From the sequence record NZ_CP035509.1: a stretch of DNA of 54,639 bases, one strand, 5' to 3'. The number at the start of each line of letters is the position of its first letter. Within the stretch, counting starts at the first letter, position 1. Source of the DNA: a plasmid. The notes beneath the pieces were generated by a model that saw only the letters and a program-made list of their open reading frames with translations, ran no database searches and was not told the origin of the DNA. Positions 39,772-49,388 of the stretch are shown here, one piece after another. Position numbers and translations under genes: made by a program.

Positions 39772-42657
39772 TTAAGCCCTTTTCGGCCACTTGTATTCGC
39801 CAGTGAGCAGGACATGGGCCCAACCGAGGGGCGAGATGTGCGCCAGAAGGTTCGGCGAACAGTCCAGGCCTTCGCGGCGGCGGCTGGCGACGGCCTGGCC
39901 GAGATGCTTGGTGTTCCAGTAGATGACGATCGCGGCAAGAAGGTTCAGCCCGGCCATGCGGAAGTGCTGGGCTTCGGAGGTGCGGTCCCTGATCTCGCCC
40001 TGGCGGCCGATGCGGAGAGCGTTCTTCAGCGCGTGGTGGGCTTCGCCCTTGTTCAGGCCGATCTGGGCGCGGCGCTGCATGCCGGCATCAAGCAGCCAGT
40101 CGATGATGAAGAGCGTCCGTTCGACCCGTCCGATTTCCCGCAAGGCGACCGCCAGTTCATGTTGCCTCGGGTAGGACGCGAACTTCCGCAGGAGTTGGCT
40201 CGGCGGGATGGCTCCTGACGCCATGGTCGCCACGCTGCGCAGGATATCGGGCCAGTTCGCGGCGATGAGGGACTGCCTGATCTTGCCGCCGATCAGCCCT
40301 TTCAGCTCTTTCGGGCAGGCGGCCGGATCGAAGAGGTAGAGGCGCTTGGATGGCAGGTCGCGGATGCGGGGGATGAACTGGAAGCCCAGCAGGGCGGTGA
40401 CGGCGAAGACGTGGTCGGTGAAGCCGCCAGTATCGGCATATTGCTCCCGGATCTTCTGCCCGGCGCTGGTCATCAGCAGGCCATCGAGGATGTAGGGCGC
40501 TTCGTTCACGGTAGCCGGGATGGTCTGTGTGGCGAAGGGACCGAACTGGTCGGAGACATGGGTGTAGGCTTTCAGCCCGGGCTCATGGCCGTACTTGGCG
40601 TTGATCAGATTCATCGCCTCGCCCTGGCGTGTCGTCGGGAAGAACTGCCCGTCGCTCGATGCGGTCTGTCCGGCGCCCCAGAACTGCGCCATCGGCAGTG
40701 CCGACTGCCCGTCGATCACCATGGCCAGGGCGCGGGCCATCGCCTCGCTTTCGACATGCCAGCGCGACAGGCGGGAAAGCTGGAAGAAGTCGTGCGTGTT
40801 CGTGGCCCCGGCCATCTTGCTGAGGCCGAGATTCAGCCCCTCGGCAAGCAACACGTTCAGCAGGCCGATCCGGTCCCTGCACGGCGCGCCGGTGCGCAGA
40901 TGCGTAAAGGCCTCGGTGAAGCCAACCTCCGCATCCACTTCGAGCAGGAGATCGGTGACCCTGACTTCCGGCAGGCGGCCATAGAGGTCGAGCACCAAGG
41001 CGTCGGCTTCCTCGGGAACCGCCGCAGCCAGCCGGTCGATTTTCAAGGTGCCGTCCTCGATGGAGCCTCCCGGCATGGTCCCGGCCCTAGCCGCACGCGC
41101 CAGGCGATGCAGGGCGTCAGCCATTCGGGCTTTGCGGTCGGCCAGCCAGGTTTCCGGCTCGAACGGCATGGCCAGCCTCGGCGTGGCGCGGGCGACGTCG
41201 ACCGGGACCAGCGCTTCCTTCAGGTCGCCATACCTGCGCGAATGCGCCAGCCAGATATCACCGGAACGGAAGGCTTCGCGCAGATGGAACAGGACCGCGA
41301 CCTCCCATATCCGGTGCTCATCTTCGCCATCCAGGTGGCGGTGCCACTTCGAGGCGCGGCGCAGAAAGGTCAGCGGCCGGACGTCTGGTGTCGCCGTGCC
41401 CGCGATGACCGCGCTTGCCGCCAGCAGCGGCTCCGCCACGGGCGCGGCACAGATGTCGAGTACCCGCAGCATGCGCGGCGCATAACGCCGGAAGCGATGA
41501 TATCCGTGACCGACATGCGCCAGCGGATCAGCGGCAAACGTGTCGGTCAGTTGAGCGGCCGTGGCGACAAGCCCCTTGAGGGATATCCAGCCGCCGGCAT
41601 TGCCGACGGCCTCTTCGAGAGAGGCCCGATCCTCATGCGCTTCCAGGAGCGCCGCTCCCAATGTCCTGAAGGATTGCAGGGTGTCCTTCAGCGCCGATCT
41701 GGCATCGTCCATCCGGGCGTCACATCGTGACTTCGCCTCGCGCCAGGTCTTGCCCACGATGCGGTCATGGGTCTCGACGACAGCGTCAGCAATGGCGCAG
41801 CGCCATTCCAGCGCGCAGACCGCAAGGATGGCGAGGCGGCGGTCACCCGAGATATCCCTCAGATCGCCTGCGAAGTATCGCTCTCCCTGCCGACGAAGGC
41901 GGGCAACGCGGTGTGGCGGCACATCCGCCAGAATGCCCCGGTCCAGCGCCAGCGCGCGCAGGTATTCCAGCCGGTCCAGAAGGCGGTTCATGTCGGCCGA
42001 ATTCTGCCCGGTTTCGAACTGGCGCAGCCAGACGAACCGCGTGACCGAGCCGCCCGCATCTTCGGTCAGGAGGGCATCGAGACGTGCTCGCATGGCATCG
42101 TCCAGCCGGCCACCGATCCGGGCGTCGATCCGGCGCTCGGCCGCGACAAGCGCCTCCGCGCAAAGCCGCTCGATGACCGTGATCCCCGGGAAGATGGTCT
42201 GGGTTGCCCGGCACTGCTCGACGAAGCGCCGTGCCAGATCCTCGTTCGACCGGGCGGCTTCGGCGGCATCCTCAAGCCATATTTTCAGGTCACGTGCCCC
42301 ACGGCCCGCGAACATCTTGTAGCCATAGATCTCGCGCAAGGCGGCCAGGTGCTCATGCCGGGTCTCTTCCCGGGTCGCATACCCGGCCAGATCGTCAGGC
42401 CTCATCCCGAGCTGCGCTGCCAGAAAGCGCGTGACCGCCAGCGGAATGACCTCGCCCGGCGCCAGCAGCCGCCCCGGATACCGAAGCGCGCAGAGCTGCA
42501 GGGCGAAACCGAAGCGGTTGTGCGGACGACGACGGGCGCGGACGATCTCCAGATCGTCGTCTGCCAGCGTGTAGTGGCGCAGCATCGACGCGTCATCGGT
42601 CGGCAGGTCGAACAATGCCGCCCTTTGCCGGGCGGTCAGGATGCTGCGTCTTGGCAT
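39772..42657 (-). CDS. tnpA: Tn3 family transposase TnpA
   Basis: 961-aa DDE transposase (MPRRSILTARQRAALFDLPTDD…). Its stop lies inside the 38-bp inverted repeat. Confidence 0.95.
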   Translation of the reverse strand: MPRRSILTARQRAALFDLPTDDASMLRHYTLADDDLEIVRARRRPHNRFGFALQLCALRYPGRLLAPGEVIPLAVTRFLAAQLGMRPDDLAGYATREETRHEHLAALREIYGYKMFAGRGARDLKIWLEDAAEAARSNEDLARRFVEQCRATQTIFPGITVIERLCAEALVAAERRIDARIGGRLDDAMRARLDALLTEDAGGSVTRFVWLRQFETGQNSADMNRLLDRLEYLRALALDRGILADVPPHRVARLRRQGERYFAGDLRDISGDRRLAILAVCALEWRCAIADAVVETHDRIVGKTWREAKSRCDARMDDARSALKDTLQSFRTLGAALLEAHEDRASLEEAVGNAGGWISLKGLVATAAQLTDTFAADPLAHVGHGYHRFRRYAPRMLRVLDICAAPVAEPLLAASAVIAGTATPDVRPLTFLRRASKWHRHLDGEDEHRIWEVAVLFHLREAFRSGDIWLAHSRRYGDLKEALVPVDVARATPRLAMPFEPETWLADRKARMADALHRLARAARAGTMPGGSIEDGTLKIDRLAAAVPEEADALVLDLYGRLPEVRVTDLLLEVDAEVGFTEAFTHLRTGAPCRDRIGLLNVLLAEGLNLGLSKMAGATNTHDFFQLSRLSRWHVESEAMARALAMVIDGQSALPMAQFWGAGQTASSDGQFFPTTRQGEAMNLINAKYGHEPGLKAYTHVSDQFGPFATQTIPATVNEAPYILDGLLMTSAGQKIREQYADTGGFTDHVFAVTALLGFQFIPRIRDLPSKRLYLFDPAACPKELKGLIGGKIRQSLIAANWPDILRSVATMASGAIPPSQLLRKFASYPRQHELAVALREIGRVERTLFIIDWLLDAGMQRRAQIGLNKGEAHHALKNALRIGRQGEIRDRTSEAQHFRMAGLNLLAAIVIYWNTKHLGQAVASRRREGLDCSPNLLAHISPLGWAHVLLTGEYKWPKRA

Positions 42658-42822
42658 GGCGATCTTTCAGGAAATCGTGATGGACGACCGTCCGTAAGGG
42701 GATCGGTGAGCGGACATGTGTCGAGAGGGTTGGGAGCGGTAAGGAAACCGCACTCCATCCTATCTCGTATAGATGGTACGATTTGATTCGCACATGCCGC
42801 CCCTTATCCGTACACTCGCTAC
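42658..42822 (+). promoter_or_regulatory. Candidate res site and divergent tnpA/tnpR promoter region
   Basis: 165-bp AT-richer spacer between divergently transcribed tnpA and tnpR, as in Tn3-family res regions. Confidence 0.45.
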
Positions 42823-43410
42823 ATGACCGTGACCAAAATTGGCTATGCCCGCTGCTCCACCGACCGTCAGGACCTGACAGCGCAACGTGCTGCCCTTGCA
42901 GAGCTTGGGGTCACCGTAGACCGCATCTACACGGACCATGGCCTGACCGGCACGAACCGCGCCCGCCCCGGTCTCGACCAAGCGCTTGCTGCTGTGCGAG
43001 AAGGCGACGTGCTGGTCGTGCCGAAACTCGATCGCCTTGCGCGCTCGGTCCCGGACGCACGGGCCATCGCGGATCAGTTGGAAAAGAAGGGCGTCAAGCT
43101 TGCCCTCGGCGCATCGGTCTACGATCCGACCGACCCGATGGGAAAGATGTTCTTCAACATCCTCGCCACCTTCGCCGAGTTCGAGGCCGACCTCATCCGC
43201 ATGCGTACCCGCGAAGGTATGGCCATCGCCCGAGCCAGGGGCAAGCTTCGGGGAAAGCAGCCGAAACTCTCGGAAAAACAACAAAAAGAACTGAGCCGGA
43301 TGCACGCCTCCGGCGAATATTCCATCAGCGATCTCGCTGAGCTCTTTGCCGTCTCAAGACCGACCGTCTACAGGACGCTGCAGCGAAATCCGGCCAAAAC
43401 TCAGCCTTAG
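42823..43410 (+). CDS. tnpR: Serine recombinase/resolvase TnpR
   Basis: …IGYARCSTDRQDL… catalytic Ser motif and a C-terminal helix-turn-helix (HTH). Confidence 0.9.
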   Translation: MTVTKIGYARCSTDRQDLTAQRAALAELGVTVDRIYTDHGLTGTNRARPGLDQALAAVREGDVLVVPKLDRLARSVPDARAIADQLEKKGVKLALGASVYDPTDPMGKMFFNILATFAEFEADLIRMRTREGMAIARARGKLRGKQPKLSEKQQKELSRMHASGEYSISDLAELFAVSRPTVYRTLQRNPAKTQP

Positions 43411-43448
43411 CGTAGGATTCTGCCCCCTCCGGCATCAGACCCCGGGGT

Positions 43449-43881
43449 GCTGAATTCCCGAGGGACTGGAGGTCAGAATGGCGGCCATTCGCCTCTTCTG
43501 CCGATCCTCATGGCGCTGCTGTCGAGCCGTGGCGGGCAAAGCGGCGGGTTGGGAGGCGTTCTCGGGGGTGGAGGAAACCCTGGCGGGGCCGGACAGACGG
43601 CAGGCCTGAATGGCGGGCTAGGCGGTCTTATCGATATGTTCACGCAAGTTGGACAAGGGGAGACTGCAAAGTCCTGGATATCCTCCGGCCCGAACCGGTC
43701 CATTGCGCCCCAAGACGTCGAGAAGGCCTTTGGCGGACAGACGATCGACAATCTGTCCCAACAGACTGGTCTTCAGCGGAACGACCTTCTTGCGCAGCTG
43801 TCGGCGATCTTACCGGAGGCTGTGGACAGACTCACTCCGAAGGGCCGTATGCCTGAAGAACACGAGACACGCGACTGGTAA
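43449..43881 (+). pseudogene. yidB-like (DUF937) gene, 3' part
   Basis: …LNSRGTGGQNGG…LGGVLGGGGNPG…SWISSGPNRSIAPQDVEKAFGGQTIDNLSQQTGL…LLAQLSAILPEAVDRLTP, the pattern of YidB. In frame with 39707-39738 once one GGGGT is removed. Confidence 0.7.
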
Positions 43882-44005
43882 GACCCGTTTCCTATCTTCT
43901 CCGGCATATGGAAGAAGCACCAAGTTCTTGAGATTTAATAGCTGAAATGCCGTCGACCAGAGTTTGGCCGACGGCGTCTGGAGCACATTTAGAACCGGGC
44001 CGTTC

Positions 44006-44899
44006 TTAGCGGCGACGTGGGGCGTCCTGCTGAACAATGACAGTCGGATGAGAGACACCGCGCCGGCCACCCATCCACGCGGCAATCGCACCGGCCAGAA
44101 GAGCGACAAAGGCAGCAATGGCTCCGATGGAAACCGCGTTCGCTGCGGTTTCGGCCGCCTCCGTTGCTGTTTGCTGGGCCTGATCCACCGTCTCGCGATA
44201 CTGCTGCTCCATCTGAGAGACCTGCTCCCGTGCCTCCGGCAGCGGAATGGAGCGCATATCGGACAAGGCCTGCGCAGCTTCCTGACGTGCCTGATCACGA
44301 CCGGCTTCATCACTCATGGCCAGACCGCGCATTGCGTTTACGGCACGCTGACGCAGAGCTTCCGGATCGTTGCCCGTGGATTCAATCTGCTGATCCAATG
44401 CATCAAGCGGGTTGACGTCATCAAGGGCGGGACCGGCGGCATTTGCAACCGTCTGGCTTACGCCGCCAATGGCGCTGGAGAGGCCGCTGAAAGCGCCACC
44501 GACCACTGCACCTACGGACGAGGTCAGGAGGTAGAGCATCAGAAGAGTGGTGACGGCCCATGCCGTCAGACCGTGGAGGCCGCCGATCTGTTCTTCCGTC
44601 CGACCGGACATGCGGGACGCGACGAGGCCACCGACAAATGCAGCGACGATGCCCGAAATGGCATACCAGATTGCCGAGACAACCGAGAAGGTGGAAGCGG
44701 CCGGATTGTCCGCCGTGCCGGGATCAAGCGTCGCTGCACCAATTCCGACCCCGAGCAGCGTCAGCAGCACCTGCACCACGAGCGCCACGGCAACGCCAGC
44801 GAAGATTGCGCCCCAGGACACTTGCTTCAAGTGACCCCACATCGTTGGGGTCGTATGGCTGTGGGTTGTCGGTCCCTCAGGCGTTGGATTGTAGGTCAT
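44006..44899 (-). CDS. Hypothetical membrane protein (Gly/Ala-rich TM helices, coiled-coil C-terminus)
   Basis: ATG at 44899 has a GGAGGGA RBS. Four predicted TM segments. The longer ORF to 45076 lacks an RBS. Confidence 0.5.
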   Translation of the reverse strand: MTYNPTPEGPTTHSHTTPTMWGHLKQVSWGAIFAGVAVALVVQVLLTLLGVGIGAATLDPGTADNPAASTFSVVSAIWYAISGIVAAFVGGLVASRMSGRTEEQIGGLHGLTAWAVTTLLMLYLLTSSVGAVVGGAFSGLSSAIGGVSQTVANAAGPALDDVNPLDALDQQIESTGNDPEALRQRAVNAMRGLAMSDEAGRDQARQEAAQALSDMRSIPLPEAREQVSQMEQQYRETVDQAQQTATEAAETAANAVSIGAIAAFVALLAGAIAAWMGGRRGVSHPTVIVQQDAPRRR

Positions 44900-44958
44900 G
44901 TTTTGTCCCTCCGATGCGCGGACTCCCAGGGGGCCGCAGATACACGCCAATGCAGGTG

Positions 44959-44983
44959 CAACCGCTGCAGGAGGGAGAGGTTC
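44959..44983 (-). promoter_or_regulatory. Candidate EcfG-type promoter (GGAAC-N16-GGTT), weak match
   Basis: Minus-strand GGAAC (reverse complement of 44979-44983) and GGTT (reverse complement of 44959-44962), about 60 nt upstream of the 44899 start. Confidence 0.25.
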
Positions 44984-45205
44984 CTTGGTGGGGCTTCCAA
45001 GGGCAGGGATGGGTTCTTCGAGTGGCCGTCCGGTGTGGCCCTTGGGAAAGCTTCGTCGCAATTTGCACCTTGCCACCCGAGCGGGATGGCTGAGGGATCG
45101 TGTTGTGAATTGTAGCGGCCCATGGTCGGAAACAGATGTTGCTGAAGCGTGTTCCGCGAGGACAGCTCGCTGTTGCCCGCCAAGCCGTTTTCCTCAGCAA
45201 GCTTC

Positions 45206-45844
45206 TTAGTCGTCGTTGATGATGAGATCCGTCCGGGCGTTAACATCTTCGCGTAAAGCGAAGCTCGTTTTGGTGTGGTCGCTGGTTCTTGGTTCACGCT
45301 GGTCGCAGATCGATGCCGCTTTCCTGCTGCTCTCTTTGGCACCCAACATTGCTGCTTCGAACAGGGCTTCCACGGCTTCTTCGCCCCGGTCGAGGGCCGC
45401 GGTCAGTGCCGACGATCCGAAGCGAGCATCGTTCGTGATTTCGGGTCCGGCCCAAGCGGGCAGGACCAGCCGATGGTCCTCATGCGGAAGCTCCACATCC
45501 GCCGTGACGAACCCCGAGAGCGCCCCCAGATACTCGTCCACCTGCCAGACAACCCCGGCCACCTCCACCTCGTGCCGGTTTTTCTCGACAGCGTCCGAGA
45601 CTACGAACTCGTCGATCATGACCCGGGCCTGTTCCTTTTCCAGCGGCAGATGGTATTCGCCGCGCCGAACCCCGGTCTTCTGGCCCTTGAAGGTCAGGAT
45701 GGCCTCCTCTCCACAGATGCGGATCCTGGCCTTCCCGGTGTCGAACCGCGCCACAAGGTAGTCCAGAATGTGCAGCGTCCGCATGACGTGCGGCTCCCAG
45801 TCATTCGACCTGATGAGAAACTTCCGTTCGATCTCGGTGGGCAT
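45206..45844 (-). CDS. CYTH domain protein (adenylate cyclase/thiamine triphosphatase family)
   Basis: N-terminal EIERKFL motif (ExExK). Confidence 0.8.
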   Translation of the reverse strand: MPTEIERKFLIRSNDWEPHVMRTLHILDYLVARFDTGKARIRICGEEAILTFKGQKTGVRRGEYHLPLEKEQARVMIDEFVVSDAVEKNRHEVEVAGVVWQVDEYLGALSGFVTADVELPHEDHRLVLPAWAGPEITNDARFGSSALTAALDRGEEAVEALFEAAMLGAKESSRKAASICDQREPRTSDHTKTSFALREDVNARTDLIINDD

Positions 45845-45879
45845 GCGGAATCCCGAAGACGTGGTTGCTTGCTGACAGA

Positions 45880-45905
45880 CATGAAGAAGGGCAGGAAATC
45901 CTGCC
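45880..45905 (-). terminator. Rho-independent terminator-like hairpin after the DUF2382 gene
   Basis: GGGCAGGATTTCCTGCCC stem-loop followed by TTCTTCAT on the minus strand. Confidence 0.4.
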
Positions 45906-45929
45906 CTCGTTCCGCGTTATGTCGATGAC

Positions 45930-46793
45930 TCAGCGCCCGGTGCGCGGCAATTCCCGATCGTCGCGATCGTCGTCCACCTCGACCTCCGTGTGGCGCACGG
46001 TGTCGGAAACCGTCTCGCGATGGGTGTCGCTGGTCTTGCGCAGGCCGATCTCTTCCACCACGCGCGCATCCTTCGCCACAACCGCTTCTTCGCGATGTTC
46101 CTCGGCCTCGATCGTGCGGTCCCGGAAGTCCTCGTCCACAACGGCGGCGCGATCGACGGGGCGGCGCTCCAGCTCGACGCGCTCCTCGCGCAGATCGACG
46201 CTCTCGCTCACGGGCTCTTCAACCGTGTAAGCGCGCACGCGGACATGGCCGCGGTTCGTGTCGCGCTTGCCAACGCGCAGCCGCTCCTCCACGACCGGGA
46301 TCGCCGCATCGTCCGACACGCGGTCCGTTGCCGCGGCCATGGGTGCCGTCGCTGCGCCCGCCGTGGCGTAAGGACTGTTCTCGTAGCCGCTCCACCCCTC
46401 GGAGCGCCAGCTTTCCTCGCGCTCCTCGATGTTCACGGTGCCCTCGTCGTCGAGGATGGCAAGGGCGGCATCGTATTCCGCGTCGTTAAGTCCGGTCACG
46501 GCCACGAGGTAGCCGCCGCGCGACAGGCCTTCGGCGTAGGAGTAGCGGTCCTCGTTCGGAAAGAAGAGGTCGCTGAGCGAGTCCCAGAAGCCCTTGCTGC
46601 CTTCGGGATCCGCGACGCCTGTGGTGGCGGACTCGGCGCCCTGAACAACGCGGATCTGTGCTTCGGGGATACCCACTTCGCGCAGACGCGCCGTCGCTTG
46701 TTCGGCATCGGTGCGGTTGTCGAACAGGGCGGAGATGGCGGTGCCGCCCGTCGTGCCGGTGGTGCCGGTGCCTGTATCGGTGGTATAGGTCAT
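45930..46793 (-). CDS. DUF2382 (YsnF-like) stress protein
   Basis: …PVVEERLRVGKR… DUF2382 repeat motif and an Asp/Glu-rich C-terminus. ATG at 46793 lies 1 nt after the stop of the upstream gene, with an AAGGA RBS. Confidence 0.7.
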   Translation of the reverse strand: MTYTTDTGTGTTGTTGGTAISALFDNRTDAEQATARLREVGIPEAQIRVVQGAESATTGVADPEGSKGFWDSLSDLFFPNEDRYSYAEGLSRGGYLVAVTGLNDAEYDAALAILDDEGTVNIEEREESWRSEGWSGYENSPYATAGAATAPMAAATDRVSDDAAIPVVEERLRVGKRDTNRGHVRVRAYTVEEPVSESVDLREERVELERRPVDRAAVVDEDFRDRTIEAEEHREEAVVAKDARVVEEIGLRKTSDTHRETVSDTVRHTEVEVDDDRDDRELPRTGR

Positions 46794-46794
46794 G

Positions 46795-47214
46795 TCAGAT
46801 ATCCTTGTCAGAAGGGAAGGGTGGGATGTCTTGCTCGTCATGGGGAGGCAGACGCTCGATGGTCGCGGTCTGCCGGCGCGTGGTGACCGGAACGTCCACT
46901 GTCTCGCGATGTGTCATCCGGCGGATGTGGATCTCTTCGCGCACGAAGAGCTGCCGCGTCACGACGAGACGTTCCTCCATCACCGGGATGATCGTCGTGT
47001 CGCCATCCGTGGTAATGTCGGGCGCGTGATCGACTGCACGGTCCACAGGAATGCGGGTCACCTCGACGTCGACCTCTGCAAGATCGACAGGGATGAGGGT
47101 GTCCACGGCTTCGGTATGAGTGCTGACACGCACCCGCCCGCTGACCCGCGCCTCGGCGGTTACCGAGACCCGCTCCTCGACAAGAGGCAGCACGTCTTTT
47201 CCGTCTTCGGTCAT
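46795..47214 (-). CDS. DUF2382 (YsnF-like) protein, second copy
   Basis: PLVEERVSV and IPVMEERLVV repeats. ATG at 47214 with an AGGGA RBS is preferred over the ORF start at 47292. Confidence 0.6.
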   Translation of the reverse strand: MTEDGKDVLPLVEERVSVTAEARVSGRVRVSTHTEAVDTLIPVDLAEVDVEVTRIPVDRAVDHAPDITTDGDTTIIPVMEERLVVTRQLFVREEIHIRRMTHRETVDVPVTTRRQTATIERLPPHDEQDIPPFPSDKDI

Positions 47215-47239
47215 TGCGCCATCCCTGTTGAGCATGGAC

Positions 47240-47264
47240 AACGGGTGAACGCACGGAACGTTCC
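47240..47264 (-). promoter_or_regulatory. Candidate EcfG-type promoter: GGAAC-N16-CGTT
   Basis: Minus-strand GGAAC (reverse complement of 47260-47264), 16-nt spacer, CGTT (reverse complement of 47240-47243). About 25 nt upstream of the 47214 start. The -35 is part of the palindrome GGAACGTTCC. Confidence 0.45.
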
Positions 47265-47532
47265 GTGATCGAAAGGGCACGTTCCGTCCCATCGGCAGAA
47301 ATCGCCGATGGGACGGACATCAGGGCATGATCCCAGACATCAAGCGAAGGAGCCGGAACCAGCGGCGTTGCCGCGCCTTTAGACAGGCCGGATGGACCGG
47401 CGCTTGAAGACGCCTACCAACGCGCCGTGCCGGCTGTTGCTGATGCGGCTACCACGCTGTCCGTCAAACGCCCCTTCGAGGCGAATCCAGTCTGAACGAT
47501 CTTTTCCCAACCTGAAAAGCAATGGACGCATC

Positions 47533-48357
47533 ATGTTCTATACCGACAACAAGCTTCAGTATCCCGTTCGCGTCGACACCCCGAACCCGCTGTTCGCCCG
47601 TGCCCTGCAACAGGCCATCGGTGGCGTGGAGGGTGAGATCCGTGTCGCAATGCAGTATTTCTTCCAGGCCTGCGGCGCGCGCGGCAACCCGAAGTTCCGC
47701 GACCTGCTGATGAACACCGCCGCCGAGGAACTGGGCCATATCGAGATGCTGGCCCATGCCGTCGCGCTCAATCTTGAAGGCGCACCGCTGAGCCTGAAAG
47801 AGGAAATGGCCAAGGACTCGGCCATCAACGCCGTCATGGGCGGGATGAACCTCAAAAACCTGCTGTCCTCGGGCCTGTCGGCCATGCCGGTCGACAGCGA
47901 CGGCGTGCCTTTCGACATGTCGCACATCTATGCCAGTGGCAACATTGCGGCGGACATGACGGCCAACATCGCCGCCGAATCCACGGGTCGCACGCTGGCT
48001 GTCCGCCTGTACAACATGACGGACGATCCGGGCATGAAGGACATGCTGCAATACCTGATCGCCCGTGACACCATGCACCAGAACCAGTGGATGGCCGCGC
48101 TGGAGGAACTGGGCGGGGCGAAGGGCGCCTTCCCGATCCCGAACAGCCACCCGCAGGCCGAAGAGAAGACCGAGTTCAGCTATGCCTATCTGGGCTTCCA
48201 GAAAGACGGCAGCGCCCCGGCCCCCGGCCGCTGGTCGGAAGGCTCGTCCATCGACGGAAAGGGCGAGTTCACCGTTGCGAAGCTGGGAGCACTGGGTGAG
48301 GTGCCGGATCTTGGAAAGGCGAAGCCGAAGAGCGGCGCGCAATCCGAACAGATGTGA
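47533..48357 (+). CDS. Manganese catalase family protein
   Basis: MFYTDNKLQYPVRVDTPNP… N-terminus and the di-Mn ligand regions (…EELGHIEM…) of Mn-catalases. Confidence 0.9.
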   Translation: MFYTDNKLQYPVRVDTPNPLFARALQQAIGGVEGEIRVAMQYFFQACGARGNPKFRDLLMNTAAEELGHIEMLAHAVALNLEGAPLSLKEEMAKDSAINAVMGGMNLKNLLSSGLSAMPVDSDGVPFDMSHIYASGNIAADMTANIAAESTGRTLAVRLYNMTDDPGMKDMLQYLIARDTMHQNQWMAALEELGGAKGAFPIPNSHPQAEEKTEFSYAYLGFQKDGSAPAPGRWSEGSSIDGKGEFTVAKLGALGEVPDLGKAKPKSGAQSEQM

Positions 48358-48368
48358 GGGAGGCCGGC

Positions 48369-48722
48369 ATGCAACGACGCATCCTTATCGGTGGTTTTGC
48401 TGCAGCGGCACCCCTGGCGGTCCTGCCAGCCGACGCGGCTCCACGGCCCGCGACCGCCGTTGAGGTTCTCCGAACGTCACTGTCGAATACAGATACCTCT
48501 GGAGACTGGTTGCGCCCCGGCGAGCGGCTGCGCCTGATGCGCGACCCCGCCCGCCGCTTCGATCCTTCCTCCGTCGCCGTTATAGACAACGACGGACGCC
48601 GCCTTGGTTACGTACCGCCCGTGCAGGCAGGGGCCTTGTCCCGACTGCTTGATGCGGGAGTTGCAGGTTTTGCCGAAGCTTCGCAGACTGGCGAAGTGAG
48701 GGTGTTCCTGGAAATAGTCTGA
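48369..48722 (+). CDS. Hypothetical exported protein
   Basis: Signal-peptide-like MQRRILIGGFAAAAPLAVLPADA. RBS GAGGGAGG. Starts 11 nt after the catalase stop. Confidence 0.45.
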   Translation: MQRRILIGGFAAAAPLAVLPADAAPRPATAVEVLRTSLSNTDTSGDWLRPGERLRLMRDPARRFDPSSVAVIDNDGRRLGYVPPVQAGALSRLLDAGVAGFAEASQTGEVRVFLEIV

Positions 48723-48801
48723 ACGTGCAAGCCGGAGGGGTAAGCTCCTCCGGTATCTCTTGCGACAGGTGCCGTCCCGACTCAGCTCCTGGTTTCGGCA
48801 C

Positions 48802-49047
48802 CTAGGGCGCTTCAACCTGGACCTCAGGTGCGATAACTTGCTTCGGGGCTGTGACAGGCGCAGTCTGGCTTCTAATCACAATCGCAATGACGACTGCAGC
48901 GGCTGCGATGAGGAGCGTTATGGCAGCGGCCCACCTGAGCGTGCCATTGGTTGCCGGTTCATCCTCTGAGGATCTGCGTGGTGTCTTCCGCAAAAACCCG
49001 GGCCCTCCCTGCATGCCAAACATGAAGTGGTGCGCTGCAATGCTCAT
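48802..49047 (-). CDS. Hypothetical small membrane protein (low confidence)
   Basis: 81-aa ORF with one TM segment (AAAITLLIAAAAVVIAIVI). No clear RBS. Confidence 0.2.
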   Translation of the reverse strand: MSIAAHHFMFGMQGGPGFLRKTPRRSSEDEPATNGTLRWAAAITLLIAAAAVVIAIVIRSQTAPVTAPKQVIAPEVQVEAP

Positions 49048-49388
49048 GGAGCCTCGAAGGTGCGCGTGGGATTGGTAAACCGACCGTTGATCAATATGTT
49101 CCTCAAGCGCCCCGCCGCGCCCTGCGAATGTTGATCAGGCCGACGGCTTGTGCTGAGCCGGTATCAACATGGCATCAGATTTGATAGCGCCTTAGCCGGG
49201 AGTGTCGCCGACGCTCCGGCTGCTGTTGCCCTTGCCAATCTGAAGGTCCGACCAGGCTTTCAGTTGCATGGTCACCTGTTCAAATCGGAACGGTTTTGAA
49301 CAGGAACAGGTGAAGGTGCTCAAAACGGGTCTTGTACGGGGGTTGTGAGCATCTAAGATGTGAACGACCGTTCTGAACAGTTTTGGCC

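Larger units (their letters stand above)
39739..43443 (-). mobile_element. Minimal Tn3-family transposon (tnpA, res, tnpR only); 3705 bp
   Basis: 38-bp terminal inverted repeats GGGGGCTGATGCCGGAGGGGGCAGGATCCTACGTTAAG (39739-39776) and GGGGTCTGATGCCGGAGGGGGCAGAATCCTACGCTAAG (reverse complement of 43406-43443). 5-bp target-site duplication (TSD) GGGGT at 39734-39738 and 43444-43448. Confidence 0.9.

Noticed and set aside
47255-47264. Plus-strand reading of the GGAACGTTCC palindrome as a promoter for the Mn-catalase gene
   Set aside because: On the plus strand the spacing to the next CGTT is 20 nt, which does not fit the EcfG spacing of 16-17. The gene is 270 bp away. The minus-strand reading fits N16 and the DUF2382 start.
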